24,000 nucleotides of DNA from an uncultured Pseudomonadota bacterium (GTDB lineage Bacteria > Pseudomonadota > Gammaproteobacteria > Coxiellales > Coxiellaceae): positions 1,156,131-1,180,130 of the forward strand of contig CAWCIY010000002.1 in NCBI GenBank assembly GCA_963795715.1, given 5' to 3'. The position numbers and the translations under genes are program-made. This document shows, one piece after another, positions 1 through 8,973 of this stretch (the first letter of the stretch is position 1; the number at the start of each line of letters is the position of its first letter). The notes beneath the pieces were generated by a model. It saw only the letters and a list, made by a program, of their open reading frames with translations, was not told the origin of the DNA and did not search any database.

Positions 1-548
1 AAACTTTATTAAGTATTGTGCATAAGGAAACTTCCGGCGGAGAACGTTTTTTTATTATTTTAGAAGAAATGACAAAATTTCCCAAAGAAAATCTATGTTT
101 ATTAGAATTACTTTATATCATTCTAAGCTTAGGATTCGAAGGAAAATATTACAACCAAGAGCAAAGCATACGTGACCAAGTTCGTCATCAGCTTTATCAT
201 CTCATTAAGATAAATCAACAGGAACAGGAATCCTCATTATCACCTAGCAGTCAATTAATTAAAAAGACTAAAACAAATAGACAGCAGCGCTGGTCTAAGT
301 TACATATTGCAGGTGTCACTGCAGCAATCTTACTGGGTTTAGGCTTAGTATTTAACTACTTAACCTATTTGGCGGCGCGCAAACCTCTTGCCGAGCTGTG
401 GGCAATAAATCAAGAAGCCGCTAAAATTCCCCTGCCCTCTCTAGATCCTCCAGCTCCGGTTGCATTGGCCACACCCAATCCCAGTATTGTCATGGATAAA
501 CCAGTACTTCATCATAAACATCACCATAGAATGAGGAGGACTGCTTAA
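1..548 (+). CDS. icmH: DotU/IcmH (TssL-family) inner-membrane protein, C-terminal part; 5' end lies outside the window
   Basis: Frame 3 is open from the window edge (TLLSIVHKETSGGERFFIILEEM...). It carries the DotU-type core LLELLYIILSLGFEGKY, one C-terminal TM helix (IAGVTAAILLGLGLVF) and a Pro/His-rich tail. Its stop overlaps the next start (TAATG at 546-550). Confidence 0.75.
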   Translation, partial: TLLSIVHKETSGGERFFIILEEMTKFPKENLCLLELLYIILSLGFEGKYYNQEQSIRDQVRHQLYHLIKINQQEQESSLSPSSQLIKKTKTNRQQRWSKLHIAGVTAAILLGLGLVFNYLTYLAARKPLAELWAINQEAAKIPLPSLDPPAPVALATPNPSIVMDKPVLHHKHHHRMRRTA

Positions 549-3500
549 TGCGCTCGTTTTTTTCATCCATCATTTCTGCCTTTACCATGTTGGCATTGGG
601 CGCAATTTGGCTGTTGCCCCAGTATTTTCATTGGAATACCGGTTCGGTTTTCATAACTTTACTAATTCAAATTTTGAGCACACTGGTTATCACGTTATTG
701 TGTGGCTTATTTCTTTTTAAGAAAAGTAACCGTGCTAAACCTGCGCCAGCAGCAGCCAACCCAACTTCTGATAAACCTAAAAAATATAAAAGATTTTGGA
801 ATTATCTAAAAAAACAAAGTAGCCACTTGTATTTTTATACTAAAAATAAATTGCAACCTGACGCTAGAAAAAAGAATCAACTGTTAACGCATTTGCCTTG
901 GTATTTAGTGATAGGTAATCGTCAAAGTGGCAAATCTACTTTAATTGCGCAGTCGGATTTAAGCCTTTTGCCTACAGATTATTTACAAAGCCTCTCCAAC
1001 GAACTGAACTATCCTCACACCTGGCATTTGACGAAAGAAGCCGTGCTAATGGAATTGGGATATGAATACAACACCCTCATTCCGGAATCATTTTGGAATA
1101 ATTTTATTAAATTCAGTCGACGCTACCGTAGAAAAACCTATTTTAATGGGATCATTTTTACCATTGATCTATCTGAACTGATGTCTGCGCACACCTATAA
1201 CAAAGAATCAACTCAATTAGCTAACGTTAAAACCATTTTTCATCATCTAAGCCACATTTTAAAAACACCCGTACCCGTTTATTTTGTATTAACCAAAAGC
1301 GACCAAATTGCAGGCTTTCAAGAGTTTTTTGCTGATCTGAGCTTGGAGGAAAGGCAACAAATTTTAGGCATCATATTTTCTAAAACCGCGATCAATACTA
1401 CCCAATTCCTGGATTCCTTCCAAAAAGAATATGATGCCTTACTAGCGCGTTTGAACCATCGATTATTTAAGCGCCTAGACGGCGAGCGAGATTTAAATAA
1501 AAGAGCTGTACTCAGTTTTTTCCCGCATCAGCTTCAAATTATCAAAAAGATTTTAGGAGATTTCATCATCCAGGATAAACGCACACAACTTCAGGGTGTT
1601 TTTTTTACCAGCGGGTTACAAGAAGGTGCTAACTTAAATATGGCGATGTCTCTTTTAGCCGCTAAGTATCATCTGGATGAACAAGAGAAGATAGAACTCG
1701 CCTCTCAGAAAAAATCATTCTTTATCAAATCACTTTTTGCAGAAGTCATTTTGCCTGAAAACAATTGGGTATTTCAAACTGCTGATTGGCGCAGACGAGA
1801 TTTGGCCATGTACCGCGTAACACTGATTACCTCCGCAGCCACGTTGGTAATAGGAATCGTCCTACTGTCCCTCTCTTTTACCTCCAACTCACGAAAGATC
1901 TCTAGCATTTCGGAGTCAACCCCATTTTACAGTCAAGCGATACATGAATTTGCTCTTGGACAAAGAGGACTCTATGATCTAGCGCCTGCGTTAATCGAAC
2001 TCAATAAAATTCAAGATTTATATCACTGGAAAAATCGTTCATGGCTCACAAATTTAGAATTATATCAACCGTGGAGCATTCACCATCAGCTAAAGAGTAT
2101 CTGGCAACAAAGTCTCGCTTCTATTTTCATGCCAAGAGTGGCGTCTCGATTAGAAAATATGTTACAAGACAATCAGTTGAGCCTAGAAATAGTTTATCAA
2201 GCTTTAAAAGGTTATTTTGTTTTCAGTCCCCAAACTATTGTTGACCCCCATTGGTTAAAAGCTCCTATCAGCTACGATCTCAGCACTCACTTAAAAGATC
2301 AGACTCATGATCAAATGTTAATTAACAATTATTTAAATGAAGCCATTAACCTACCTATTCCATCGTTTATTTTAAATAAGCAGCTTGTCGATCAAGCCCG
2401 GATCCGTTTAAAAGAAGTACCCCCGGTACAATTTTCTTATTACGAGATAAAACAGGAAGCGGAAAATTCCAGCAATCAATTTAATCTAGAAGAATTATTA
2501 GGTAAAAATTTCTTTAATGTATTTGCATACAGTGATAATAGCCTTAAAAAATTCCCAAATTTCTACACACTGAAAGGATACCAAACTCTTAGAGGTCAAC
2601 ATAGTCAGGATTTTATTAAACAAACGGCACAAACCTATAAAATCCTGGGAATTAATCCAACGGTCAACACTGATAACTTAAGTGCAGAAATGACCCCGGC
2701 GCTATGGGAAATTTATGGTTCAGACTACATTGAACATTGGCAAAAATATTTGGATAATCTCCATGTTGTTAATTTTTCCAATCTCAATGAAGCTATCCAA
2801 AGTATCAATGCAATATTAGATGTTAATAGTCCTATAATGAAAATTTTGGCGGTGATTAAAGACAATACTGAATCTGTGAATACCGATCATTTACAAGTCG
2901 CACAGCAATTCACTCCTTTGAACTCATTGACGCCCAATGGCATTTTCCATAAAGATTCTTCTGCTCCTTATGACGAAATTACTAAAAACCTGCAAGCATT
3001 ACGTGATTATTTAATCGGTATGAATAATTCTCCCAACATTAATCAAAGTGAATTCCAAGAAGCGGTTGGAATTATGAGTAATAAGCTGTCCACCAATCCA
3101 ATTCTCGTCTTGCGCCATCAAGCAGAACAATTACCCGCACCCGTGCGAGGTTGGTTAACACAAATAGCAGATAATAGCTTGGCTTTGCTATTAAAAGGTG
3201 CGCATCAAACCATCAATACCGCGTGGCAGTCCAATGTTTTTTCTTTTTATAAATCCAATATTCAGGGTCGCTTCCCCTTTTCTGCTGATAAATCTAAAGC
3301 CATTGATTTAGAAAATTTCAGCAATTTTTTTGGAGGTAAAGGAATTTTTAATCAATTTTTTCAAAATTATTTAGCACCTTTTATTGATACCAGCCACGGA
3401 GTGTGGCGTGCAACTCAAATCGATAATATTTCACTGCAATTCACAGAAGATGTTTTGAAACAAATTCATCGAGTTTCCTTAATTAGCAACATGTTTTTTC

Positions 3501-3907
3501 AAAACGGCGACAACAAACCCTTTATGCAGTTTCACATTCAGCCTTTATTTTTAGACTCCGAATCTAGCAGTGTGTACGTACAATTGGCCAATCAAACACT
3601 CACCTACAGGCATGGACCGCAACAAACCATCAGTTGGAACTGGCCGGGAAATGAAGGCAGCCAACAGGTGAGCATTTCATTCAGCGATTTCCAAGGTCAA
3701 AATTTCAGCCAAAGCCTAGATGGACCCTGGGCCTGGTTTGAAATGCTCAATAAAACCGCTCTTTCTACTGGCAATGGCTATGGCCGTTACGTATGGTCAT
3801 TTAATCAACACAACCATAAAGCAAGTTTTAATTTGACTGCACAAAATAATTTGCCGCTGTTTGATTTAAAAACGTTGCGACAATTTAATTTGCCTAATGA
3901 TATTTAA
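548..3907 (+). CDS. icmF: IcmF/TssM-family membrane ATPase (1119 aa)
   Basis: Long ORF with N-terminal TM helices, a Walker A motif (GNRQSGKST) and a later TM segment (VTLITSAATLVIGIVLLSL), followed by a ~650-aa C-terminal region. It is translationally coupled to the DotU-like gene. The pair is the conserved DotU+IcmF module of T4BSS/T6SS. Confidence 0.85.
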   Translation: MRSFFSSIISAFTMLALGAIWLLPQYFHWNTGSVFITLLIQILSTLVITLLCGLFLFKKSNRAKPAPAAANPTSDKPKKYKRFWNYLKKQSSHLYFYTKNKLQPDARKKNQLLTHLPWYLVIGNRQSGKSTLIAQSDLSLLPTDYLQSLSNELNYPHTWHLTKEAVLMELGYEYNTLIPESFWNNFIKFSRRYRRKTYFNGIIFTIDLSELMSAHTYNKESTQLANVKTIFHHLSHILKTPVPVYFVLTKSDQIAGFQEFFADLSLEERQQILGIIFSKTAINTTQFLDSFQKEYDALLARLNHRLFKRLDGERDLNKRAVLSFFPHQLQIIKKILGDFIIQDKRTQLQGVFFTSGLQEGANLNMAMSLLAAKYHLDEQEKIELASQKKSFFIKSLFAEVILPENNWVFQTADWRRRDLAMYRVTLITSAATLVIGIVLLSLSFTSNSRKISSISESTPFYSQAIHEFALGQRGLYDLAPALIELNKIQDLYHWKNRSWLTNLELYQPWSIHHQLKSIWQQSLASIFMPRVASRLENMLQDNQLSLEIVYQALKGYFVFSPQTIVDPHWLKAPISYDLSTHLKDQTHDQMLINNYLNEAINLPIPSFILNKQLVDQARIRLKEVPPVQFSYYEIKQEAENSSNQFNLEELLGKNFFNVFAYSDNSLKKFPNFYTLKGYQTLRGQHSQDFIKQTAQTYKILGINPTVNTDNLSAEMTPALWEIYGSDYIEHWQKYLDNLHVVNFSNLNEAIQSINAILDVNSPIMKILAVIKDNTESVNTDHLQVAQQFTPLNSLTPNGIFHKDSSAPYDEITKNLQALRDYLIGMNNSPNINQSEFQEAVGIMSNKLSTNPILVLRHQAEQLPAPVRGWLTQIADNSLALLLKGAHQTINTAWQSNVFSFYKSNIQGRFPFSADKSKAIDLENFSNFFGGKGIFNQFFQNYLAPFIDTSHGVWRATQIDNISLQFTEDVLKQIHRVSLISNMFFQNGDNKPFMQFHIQPLFLDSESSSVYVQLANQTLTYRHGPQQTISWNWPGNEGSQQVSISFSDFQGQNFSQSLDGPWAWFEMLNKTALSTGNGYGRYVWSFNQHNHKASFNLTAQNNLPLFDLKTLRQFNLPNDI

Positions 3908-3912
3908 GGAGG

Positions 3913-3942
3913 CTGAATGCATAATCGTACGAATGCATTCAG
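3913..3942. repeat. Perfect 10-bp inverted repeat (CTGAATGCAT / ATGCATTCAG) with a 10-nt loop, directly after the icmF stop
   Basis: Read directly from the sequence. No T-run follows, so it is not a canonical intrinsic terminator. AAGGAGG (3906-3912) and an ATG at 3917 open a 10-codon mini-ORF inside the hairpin. Confidence 0.6.
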
Positions 3943-3944
3943 AT

Positions 3945-4076
3945 GGTAAAGACTTACAAATTTTTGCCCGCGGCATTCGTGTTGCTAAATATGCTGATGG
4001 CTCATTATTGGTTTCTGATGATTTTGCTGGAAAAGTCTATCGAATCAGTTATCTTCAACCTCAAACTATTCATTAA
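3945..4076 (+). pseudogene. C-terminal remnant (~44 codons) of a PQQ-dependent sugar/sorbosone dehydrogenase-like gene
   Basis: Frame 3 reads GKDLQIFARGIRVAKYADGSLLVSDDFAGKVYRISYLQPQTIH*. This matches the characteristic ...DGSLLVSDD..G.IYRI.Y C-terminus of soluble glucose/sorbosone dehydrogenases. The rest of the gene is absent, because icmF ends 38 nt upstream. Confidence 0.45.
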
Positions 4077-4096
4077 AGCCTATTTAAATTTTGAAC

Positions 4097-4125
4097 TTGA
4101 TTTTTTTGTATTTTTTATTTAAAAT
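4097..4125 (+). promoter_or_regulatory. Candidate sigma70 promoter for the POT transporter gene
   Basis: TTGATT (4097-4102), 17-nt spacer, TAAAAT (4120-4125), about 27 nt upstream of the ATG at 4153. The region is AT-rich, so chance matches are common. Confidence 0.3.
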
Positions 4126-4152
4126 CAGAGTTTATATTTTTGGTGAGTAAAT

Positions 4153-5658
4153 ATGACTAAATCTTCGCTTTACCAGCAGCCTAAAGGCTTATATCTCTTG
4201 TGCGGCACCGAGCTTTGGGAAAGATTCGGCTTTTATACCGTACAAGCCATTTTAATACTCTTTCTAACCAAAGCCCTGGGTTACAGTGACCATAAAGCCA
4301 ACCTGGTGTATGCGGTGTACAGTTCCTTGCTCTATATTACCCCTATCCTTGGAGGCTGGGTGGCAGATCGTTTCCAGGGCTTCCAACGCGCGATTTTAGT
4401 GGGAGGATTATTATCGGTTTTAGGTTATCTCATCACTGCCGTTCCCAATGAAAAAATATTCTTTATAGGGCTCAGTATTTTGATCTGCGCCAATGGCCTA
4501 TTTAAACCCAATGTATCGGCCATCGTTGGGGATCTCTATCAAACCGGCGATGCCCGCAGAGATGGCGGATTTACCTTATTTTATATGGGTATCAACATCG
4601 GCGCTCTGGTTCCTCCACTCATTGCAGGAGCGGCGGTCGGATTATATGGTTGGCATATCGGCTTTTTGCTGGCCGCAGCAGGTATGATTATTGGCTTCTT
4701 CACATTTATGATAGGCCGCAGAAGGTTGACTTTAGCCGGCAAAATTCCGGTGACCAGCCCACTGACGCAATCTAGAAGCAAAAAATGGCAGTTTGAAGCG
4801 TTATTTTACTCTGGCTTCGCGTTATTAGCCGTACTCTGTTACTTTGCCTTTAATTTCCCTCAACTCATTACTTACCTAGTAGAATGCGCTGCTCTAGCGG
4901 TCGCTTTGGTGGTGGTTTTTTACATGTTCAAGGAACCTCCTACTGAACGTAAAAAGATACTCGCCAGTTTAGTTCTCACGGCCATTTCCGTCGGTTTTTG
5001 GGCTTTATACAACCAAACGTTTACTTCCCTAACTCTTTTCGCCGACCGAAACATGGAACATCATTTCCTAAAATGGTCAGTAGACGCTTCTACCATGCAA
5101 TTCTTTAACCCACTGTTCATTATTTTACTAAGTCCCTTAATCAGCGCAATGTGGGTGAGCTTGAGCAGACGGAGGCTCAATCCATCTATACCGTCAAAGT
5201 TTACTTTAGGAGTTTTATTTTTAGGATTGGGATTTTTAATCTTACCTTTAGGCATCTACTTCTTCCCAAACCAAGGCTCGGTAAATGCTTGGTGGTTAGT
5301 CATTAGCTATTTTCTACAAACCGTGGGTGAATTATTGCTATCTCCGGTAGGACTTTCTATGATTACCCAGCTAGTCCCTAAAAAATTAGTCGGCATGATG
5401 ATGGGGGTCTGGTTCTTCGCCCAAGCCGCTTCATTTGCCCTCGGCGGTAGCTTAGCCAATCTAGCTGCGATTCCAGATAACTTATCTAAAATAGATTCGT
5501 TAGCAGTGTATAACCATGCCTTTTTCTTGTTTGGCATTTTATCTATGGGTTTAGTTATTTGCAGTGCCATACTAGTGCCTTTTTTAAGAAAACTCATTCA
5601 ATCCCCGGAAGCTTCTGTAAAAAAAGAGAGCTCCAACCCGGAGCCAGTGGTGATGTGA
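4153..5658 (+). CDS. Proton-dependent oligopeptide transporter (POT/PTR2 family, di/tripeptide permease)
   Basis: 501 aa and polytopic. It has the POT signature ELWERFGFY (ExxERFxYY) followed by GGWVADRF. Confidence 0.9.
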   Translation: MTKSSLYQQPKGLYLLCGTELWERFGFYTVQAILILFLTKALGYSDHKANLVYAVYSSLLYITPILGGWVADRFQGFQRAILVGGLLSVLGYLITAVPNEKIFFIGLSILICANGLFKPNVSAIVGDLYQTGDARRDGGFTLFYMGINIGALVPPLIAGAAVGLYGWHIGFLLAAAGMIIGFFTFMIGRRRLTLAGKIPVTSPLTQSRSKKWQFEALFYSGFALLAVLCYFAFNFPQLITYLVECAALAVALVVVFYMFKEPPTERKKILASLVLTAISVGFWALYNQTFTSLTLFADRNMEHHFLKWSVDASTMQFFNPLFIILLSPLISAMWVSLSRRRLNPSIPSKFTLGVLFLGLGFLILPLGIYFFPNQGSVNAWWLVISYFLQTVGELLLSPVGLSMITQLVPKKLVGMMMGVWFFAQAASFALGGSLANLAAIPDNLSKIDSLAVYNHAFFLFGILSMGLVICSAILVPFLRKLIQSPEASVKKESSNPEPVVM

Positions 5659-5740
5659 TCATTGCCATTGGCCCGAAATCAGTGTATCTGCTAAATTTAA
5701 GGGAGAATCAAACAAGGCTTATAATCTAAAGGAGAAAATT

Positions 5741-6163
5741 ATGCAAATAAAAGAAATTATGACTAAAAAACCTGAATCCTTACCCCCCACCACTATATTA
5801 AAAGAAGCCGCTGAAAAGATGTTAAAAAAAGATTTTGGCTTTCTTCCTGTATCCGAAAACGGAAAACTATTGGGTGTGGTAACTGACCGAGATATCACTA
5901 TTCGCGCTGTCGCTAAAGGATTAGAAGCGGATTCTACCAGTTTGGAAGATGTGATGACTAAGAAAGTGGTGATCTGTCACGAAAACGATGACGTGCACAA
6001 CGCCGCTGATTTAATGAAAGAAAAGCAAATCCGCCGTTTGGTAGTGCTTGATAAAAACGAACACATCTGTGGCGTAGTGACATTGGGTGATATTGCCATT
6101 AAGTGCGATGATATAGATTTGAATGACGAAGTACTTCGTGCGCTTTCCGAAAAAACCCATTAA
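5741..6163 (+). CDS. CBS-domain pair protein
   Basis: 140 aa with two CBS-type repeats (IMTKKPESL...GVVTDRDI and VMTKKVVICHEND...GVVTLGDI). A strong RBS (AAAGGAGA) precedes the start. Confidence 0.85.
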   Translation: MQIKEIMTKKPESLPPTTILKEAAEKMLKKDFGFLPVSENGKLLGVVTDRDITIRAVAKGLEADSTSLEDVMTKKVVICHENDDVHNAADLMKEKQIRRLVVLDKNEHICGVVTLGDIAIKCDDIDLNDEVLRALSEKTH

Positions 6164-6165
6164 TA

Positions 6166-6243
6166 AATCCCTTCCCTAACTCCCTTTTCAAAGGGAGAAG
6201 AGCTCTTCCCCCTTTGTCAAAGGGGGATTGAGGGGGATTTTTT
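6166..6243. terminator. Compound palindrome / probable bidirectional terminator between convergent genes
   Basis: Two local hairpins are present: CTCCCTTT..AAAGGGAG at 6180-6197, and TCCCCCTTT-GTC-AAAGGGGGA at 6207-6227. Both sit inside a longer imperfect palindrome centred on AGAGCTCT (6199-6206). A T6 run lies at 6238-6243. Confidence 0.55.
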
Positions 6244-6259
6244 ATTCCGTACACATTCC

Positions 6260-6793
6260 CTATGTCAACAATTCCGCTAAATCATCCGCATGCTCTTCTT
6301 CATCTTCTAAAATTTTTTCCAAAATTCTGCGCGTAGTGGGATCAGCAGCTCCAAACCATTCAATCATTTTGCGATAAGTCATAATTGCAATTCTTTCAGC
6401 TATCAAATCTTCTTTAATTAGAGTAACCAAATCCCTGCCGTTGCCATATTCTGTAGCGGTTCTAGCCGCAATGCTGGAGGGATTAAAATCCGGATTTCCG
6501 CCCAATTGATTGATGCGCTCAGCGATCATGAACATATGCCTTTCTTCATTGTCACCATGTTCTTCAAATTCCGCCGCCACCTGGGGCCTATCAATCCCCT
6601 TAGCAATCACTTGATGATGCCGGTATCTTAATACACACATGATTTCGGTTGCTAAAGCACAATTGAGAATGGCGCAAGCTTGATTAATATCCAGCGGGTA
6701 GTCCTTAGTCACTGCTCCTTCTTCGATAGATTGCCTTGCCTGTTCTCTGATTTGATCCAAATCAAAAGGCAAATTGCTATTAGAATAATCCAT
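6260..6793 (-). CDS. Ferritin-like (bacterioferritin/Dps-like) di-iron protein
   Basis: The start is taken at M83 of the tracked ORF (MDYSNSN...), which is preceded by GGAGG. Ferritin-like helices carry E..H ligand motifs (FEEHGDNEERH, LEDEEEHADDL). The longer ORF would overlap the divergent qor-like start. Confidence 0.8.
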   Translation of the reverse strand: MDYSNSNLPFDLDQIREQARQSIEEGAVTKDYPLDINQACAILNCALATEIMCVLRYRHHQVIAKGIDRPQVAAEFEEHGDNEERHMFMIAERINQLGGNPDFNPSSIAARTATEYGNGRDLVTLIKEDLIAERIAIMTYRKMIEWFGAADPTTRRILEKILEDEEEHADDLAELLT

Positions 6794-6967
6794 AATTCCT
6801 CCGATACTACTTAAACCCAGATACGTTAAAAGATAGTAAGCTGGATAAAGTTTGTCAAAAATCAGTAATCCCCGCTGCCATCCTAATGAGAAGAGGTCGA
6901 ACGGGAATTGCTGGTCAAAAATCAAAATAAGTGATAACTTTCTAATTCTATGAATACACCAGAGACC

Positions 6968-7948
6968 ATGCGTTACATCGAAGTGCAGCCCGACCACACC
7001 TTGAAGATAGCGATCGGTCCGACTCCCAAACCGAAGCAAGATGAAATTTTAATACGCGTTTTTGCTGCAGGCATTAATCGCGCAGATATTCTACAACGTA
7101 AAGGTTTGTATCCACCGCCGGCAGATGCAAGTCCCATTCTCGGTTTGGAAATTTCCGGAGAAATAATACAAATCGGAGCACAAGTACAAAGCCATCAGGT
7201 AGGGGACAAAGTGTGTGGTTTAACCAATGGCGGAGGTTATGCCGAATATGCTATCTTGCCAGCTACACAAGCGCTCCCCTGGCCTGAAAATTACGACGCT
7301 GTTCACGCAGCCGCTATACCTGAAAGTTACTTAACTGTTTGGGCCAATGTCTTTATGAAGGGAAGATTCGCCAAAGGCGAAACATTTTTAGTGCATGGCG
7401 GCAGCAGCGGAATTGGTGTGACCGCCATTCAATTGGTGAAAGAATTTGGTGGCAAAGTTTACGCCACTGCTGGCTCTGCAGAAAAATGCCAGGCTTGCCG
7501 AGATTTAGGAGCAACCGAATGCATCAACTATCGGCAAGAAGATTTTGAAGAACATATTCTTCGACTCACTCAAAATAAAGGTGTAGACATAATTCTAGAT
7601 ATGATCGGCGCACTTTATTTCGAACATAATCTCAATTGTCTTAATTTCGATGGCAGATTAATAGAGATCGCTACTCAAAAAGGAGCCATTGTGGAACGAT
7701 TGGATTTACAAAAAATTATGAAAAAACGATTATCTATTACCGGCTCTCATTTACGTCCGCGCAGCGCACAAGAAAAAGCGGCAATCGCTGCTTCCTTATT
7801 CCATGATGTTTGGCCCATATTGTCGGCAGGCCGCTGTAAGCCGGTTGTTTACAAAACTTTTTCTTTTAGTGAAGTCAACGAGGCGCATTGTTTAATGGAA
7901 AGCAGCCAACATATTGGCAAAATTGTCATAACTGTGGAGATACTATGA
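6968..7948 (+). CDS. qor: NAD(P)H:quinone oxidoreductase (MDR superfamily, PIG3/Qor-like)
   Basis: MRYIEV...EILIRVFAAGINRADILQRKGLYPPP...GLEISGEI and the nucleotide-binding motif VHGGSSGIGV. An alternative ATG lies at 6950. The stop overlaps the next start (ATGA at 7945-7948). Confidence 0.85.
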   Translation: MRYIEVQPDHTLKIAIGPTPKPKQDEILIRVFAAGINRADILQRKGLYPPPADASPILGLEISGEIIQIGAQVQSHQVGDKVCGLTNGGGYAEYAILPATQALPWPENYDAVHAAAIPESYLTVWANVFMKGRFAKGETFLVHGGSSGIGVTAIQLVKEFGGKVYATAGSAEKCQACRDLGATECINYRQEDFEEHILRLTQNKGVDIILDMIGALYFEHNLNCLNFDGRLIEIATQKGAIVERLDLQKIMKKRLSITGSHLRPRSAQEKAAIAASLFHDVWPILSAGRCKPVVYKTFSFSEVNEAHCLMESSQHIGKIVITVEIL

Positions 7949-8937
7949 AAGCACAAATTATTACTCAATTCGGCGAACCTTCGGTATTTAAGTTAATGGA
8001 AATTCCAGTTCCCGATTTAAAACCAGGACATGTGCTGATTAAAGTCGCAGCAACCAGCGTTAACCAAATCGATTGCAAAATCAGAAGCGGCTTAGTCGGT
8101 GCAATTGCACCTGCTTTTCCAGCAGTTTTACACGGAGACGTATCCGGCGTCATCTCAGCCGTTGCACCTGATGTAAGCTCTTTCCACGTTGGAGATGAGG
8201 TCTACGGCTGTGCCGGAGGTTTAAGAGATTCGGGTGGCGCGCTTGCAGAATGGATGGTAGCCGATGCTCGCTTAATAGCAAAAAAGCCCAAAACCTTATC
8301 CATGTTACAAGCAGCCGCTTTACCTTTAGTTAGCATTACTGCTTGGGAGGCGTTATTTACCAAATCCAATTTACAAAAAAACCAATCTATTTTAATCCAT
8401 GGGGGTGTTGGCGGAGTGGGCCATATCGCAGTCCAACTGGCCCGATGGGCAGGCGCCAAAATTTCCACCACTGTTTTAACTCAAAATGATTTTGATTTAG
8501 CAAAATCTTTAGGGGCCGATGAAGTGATTAATGCCCGGGAGGAAAAAGTAGCCGATTATTTAGCGAGATTGACCCGCAATAAAGGTTTTGATATTGTTTT
8601 TGACACCGTTGGCGGAGCCAATTTAGATAATTCTTTTCAGGCAGCGGCGAAAAACGGCAAGGTAGTCACCACAGCAGCCCGCTCAACTCACGATCTGAGT
8701 CCTTTGCACAGTAAAGCCTTGAGCCTGCATTGTGTTTTTATGTTATTACCTCTCTTAGATAATGCCGGTCGAGAACAACATGGCGAAATTTTACAGCAGG
8801 TCGCCCAAATAGTAGATCAAGGACAATTAAAACCATTCATAGACAGCCATTCCTTTAATCTAGAAAACACTCCAGCAGCCCATACTCTGTTGGAATCTGG
8901 AAAAGCTCATGGAAAAGTAGTGATTTCGATTAGTTAA
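7945..8937 (+). CDS. Zinc-type alcohol dehydrogenase/quinone oxidoreductase family protein (MDR paralog)
   Basis: The start is taken at MKAQIITQFGEP (ATG 7945), which is coupled to the upstream gene. It has the motif IHGGVGGVGH and a C-terminal GKAHGKVVI. Confidence 0.85.
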   Translation: MKAQIITQFGEPSVFKLMEIPVPDLKPGHVLIKVAATSVNQIDCKIRSGLVGAIAPAFPAVLHGDVSGVISAVAPDVSSFHVGDEVYGCAGGLRDSGGALAEWMVADARLIAKKPKTLSMLQAAALPLVSITAWEALFTKSNLQKNQSILIHGGVGGVGHIAVQLARWAGAKISTTVLTQNDFDLAKSLGADEVINAREEKVADYLARLTRNKGFDIVFDTVGGANLDNSFQAAAKNGKVVTTAARSTHDLSPLHSKALSLHCVFMLLPLLDNAGREQHGEILQQVAQIVDQGQLKPFIDSHSFNLENTPAAHTLLESGKAHGKVVISIS

Positions 8938-8973
8938 TCACTGCTAGCTACTGTATTAGGGCTTGCAACGGTT

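Noticed and set aside
548-3907. Reading the DotU/IcmF pair as evidence for a type VI secretion cluster
   Set aside because: No other T6SS core gene follows within the window, so this is unresolved rather than disproved. It is kept as a finding, with the T4BSS interpretation favoured.
6794-7039. N-terminal 82-codon extension of the ferritin-like ORF (tracked as 6260..7039)
   Set aside because: The extension has no ferritin-like sequence and overlaps the divergent oxidoreductase start. An internal ATG at 6793 is preceded by GGAGG and begins the conserved domain.
7888-7944. Upstream extension of the second oxidoreductase ORF (MFNGKQPTYWQNCHNCGDT)
   Set aside because: It lies entirely within the 3' end of the preceding gene in another frame. 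The ATG at 7945 gives the conserved MKAQIITQFG start with ATGA coupling.
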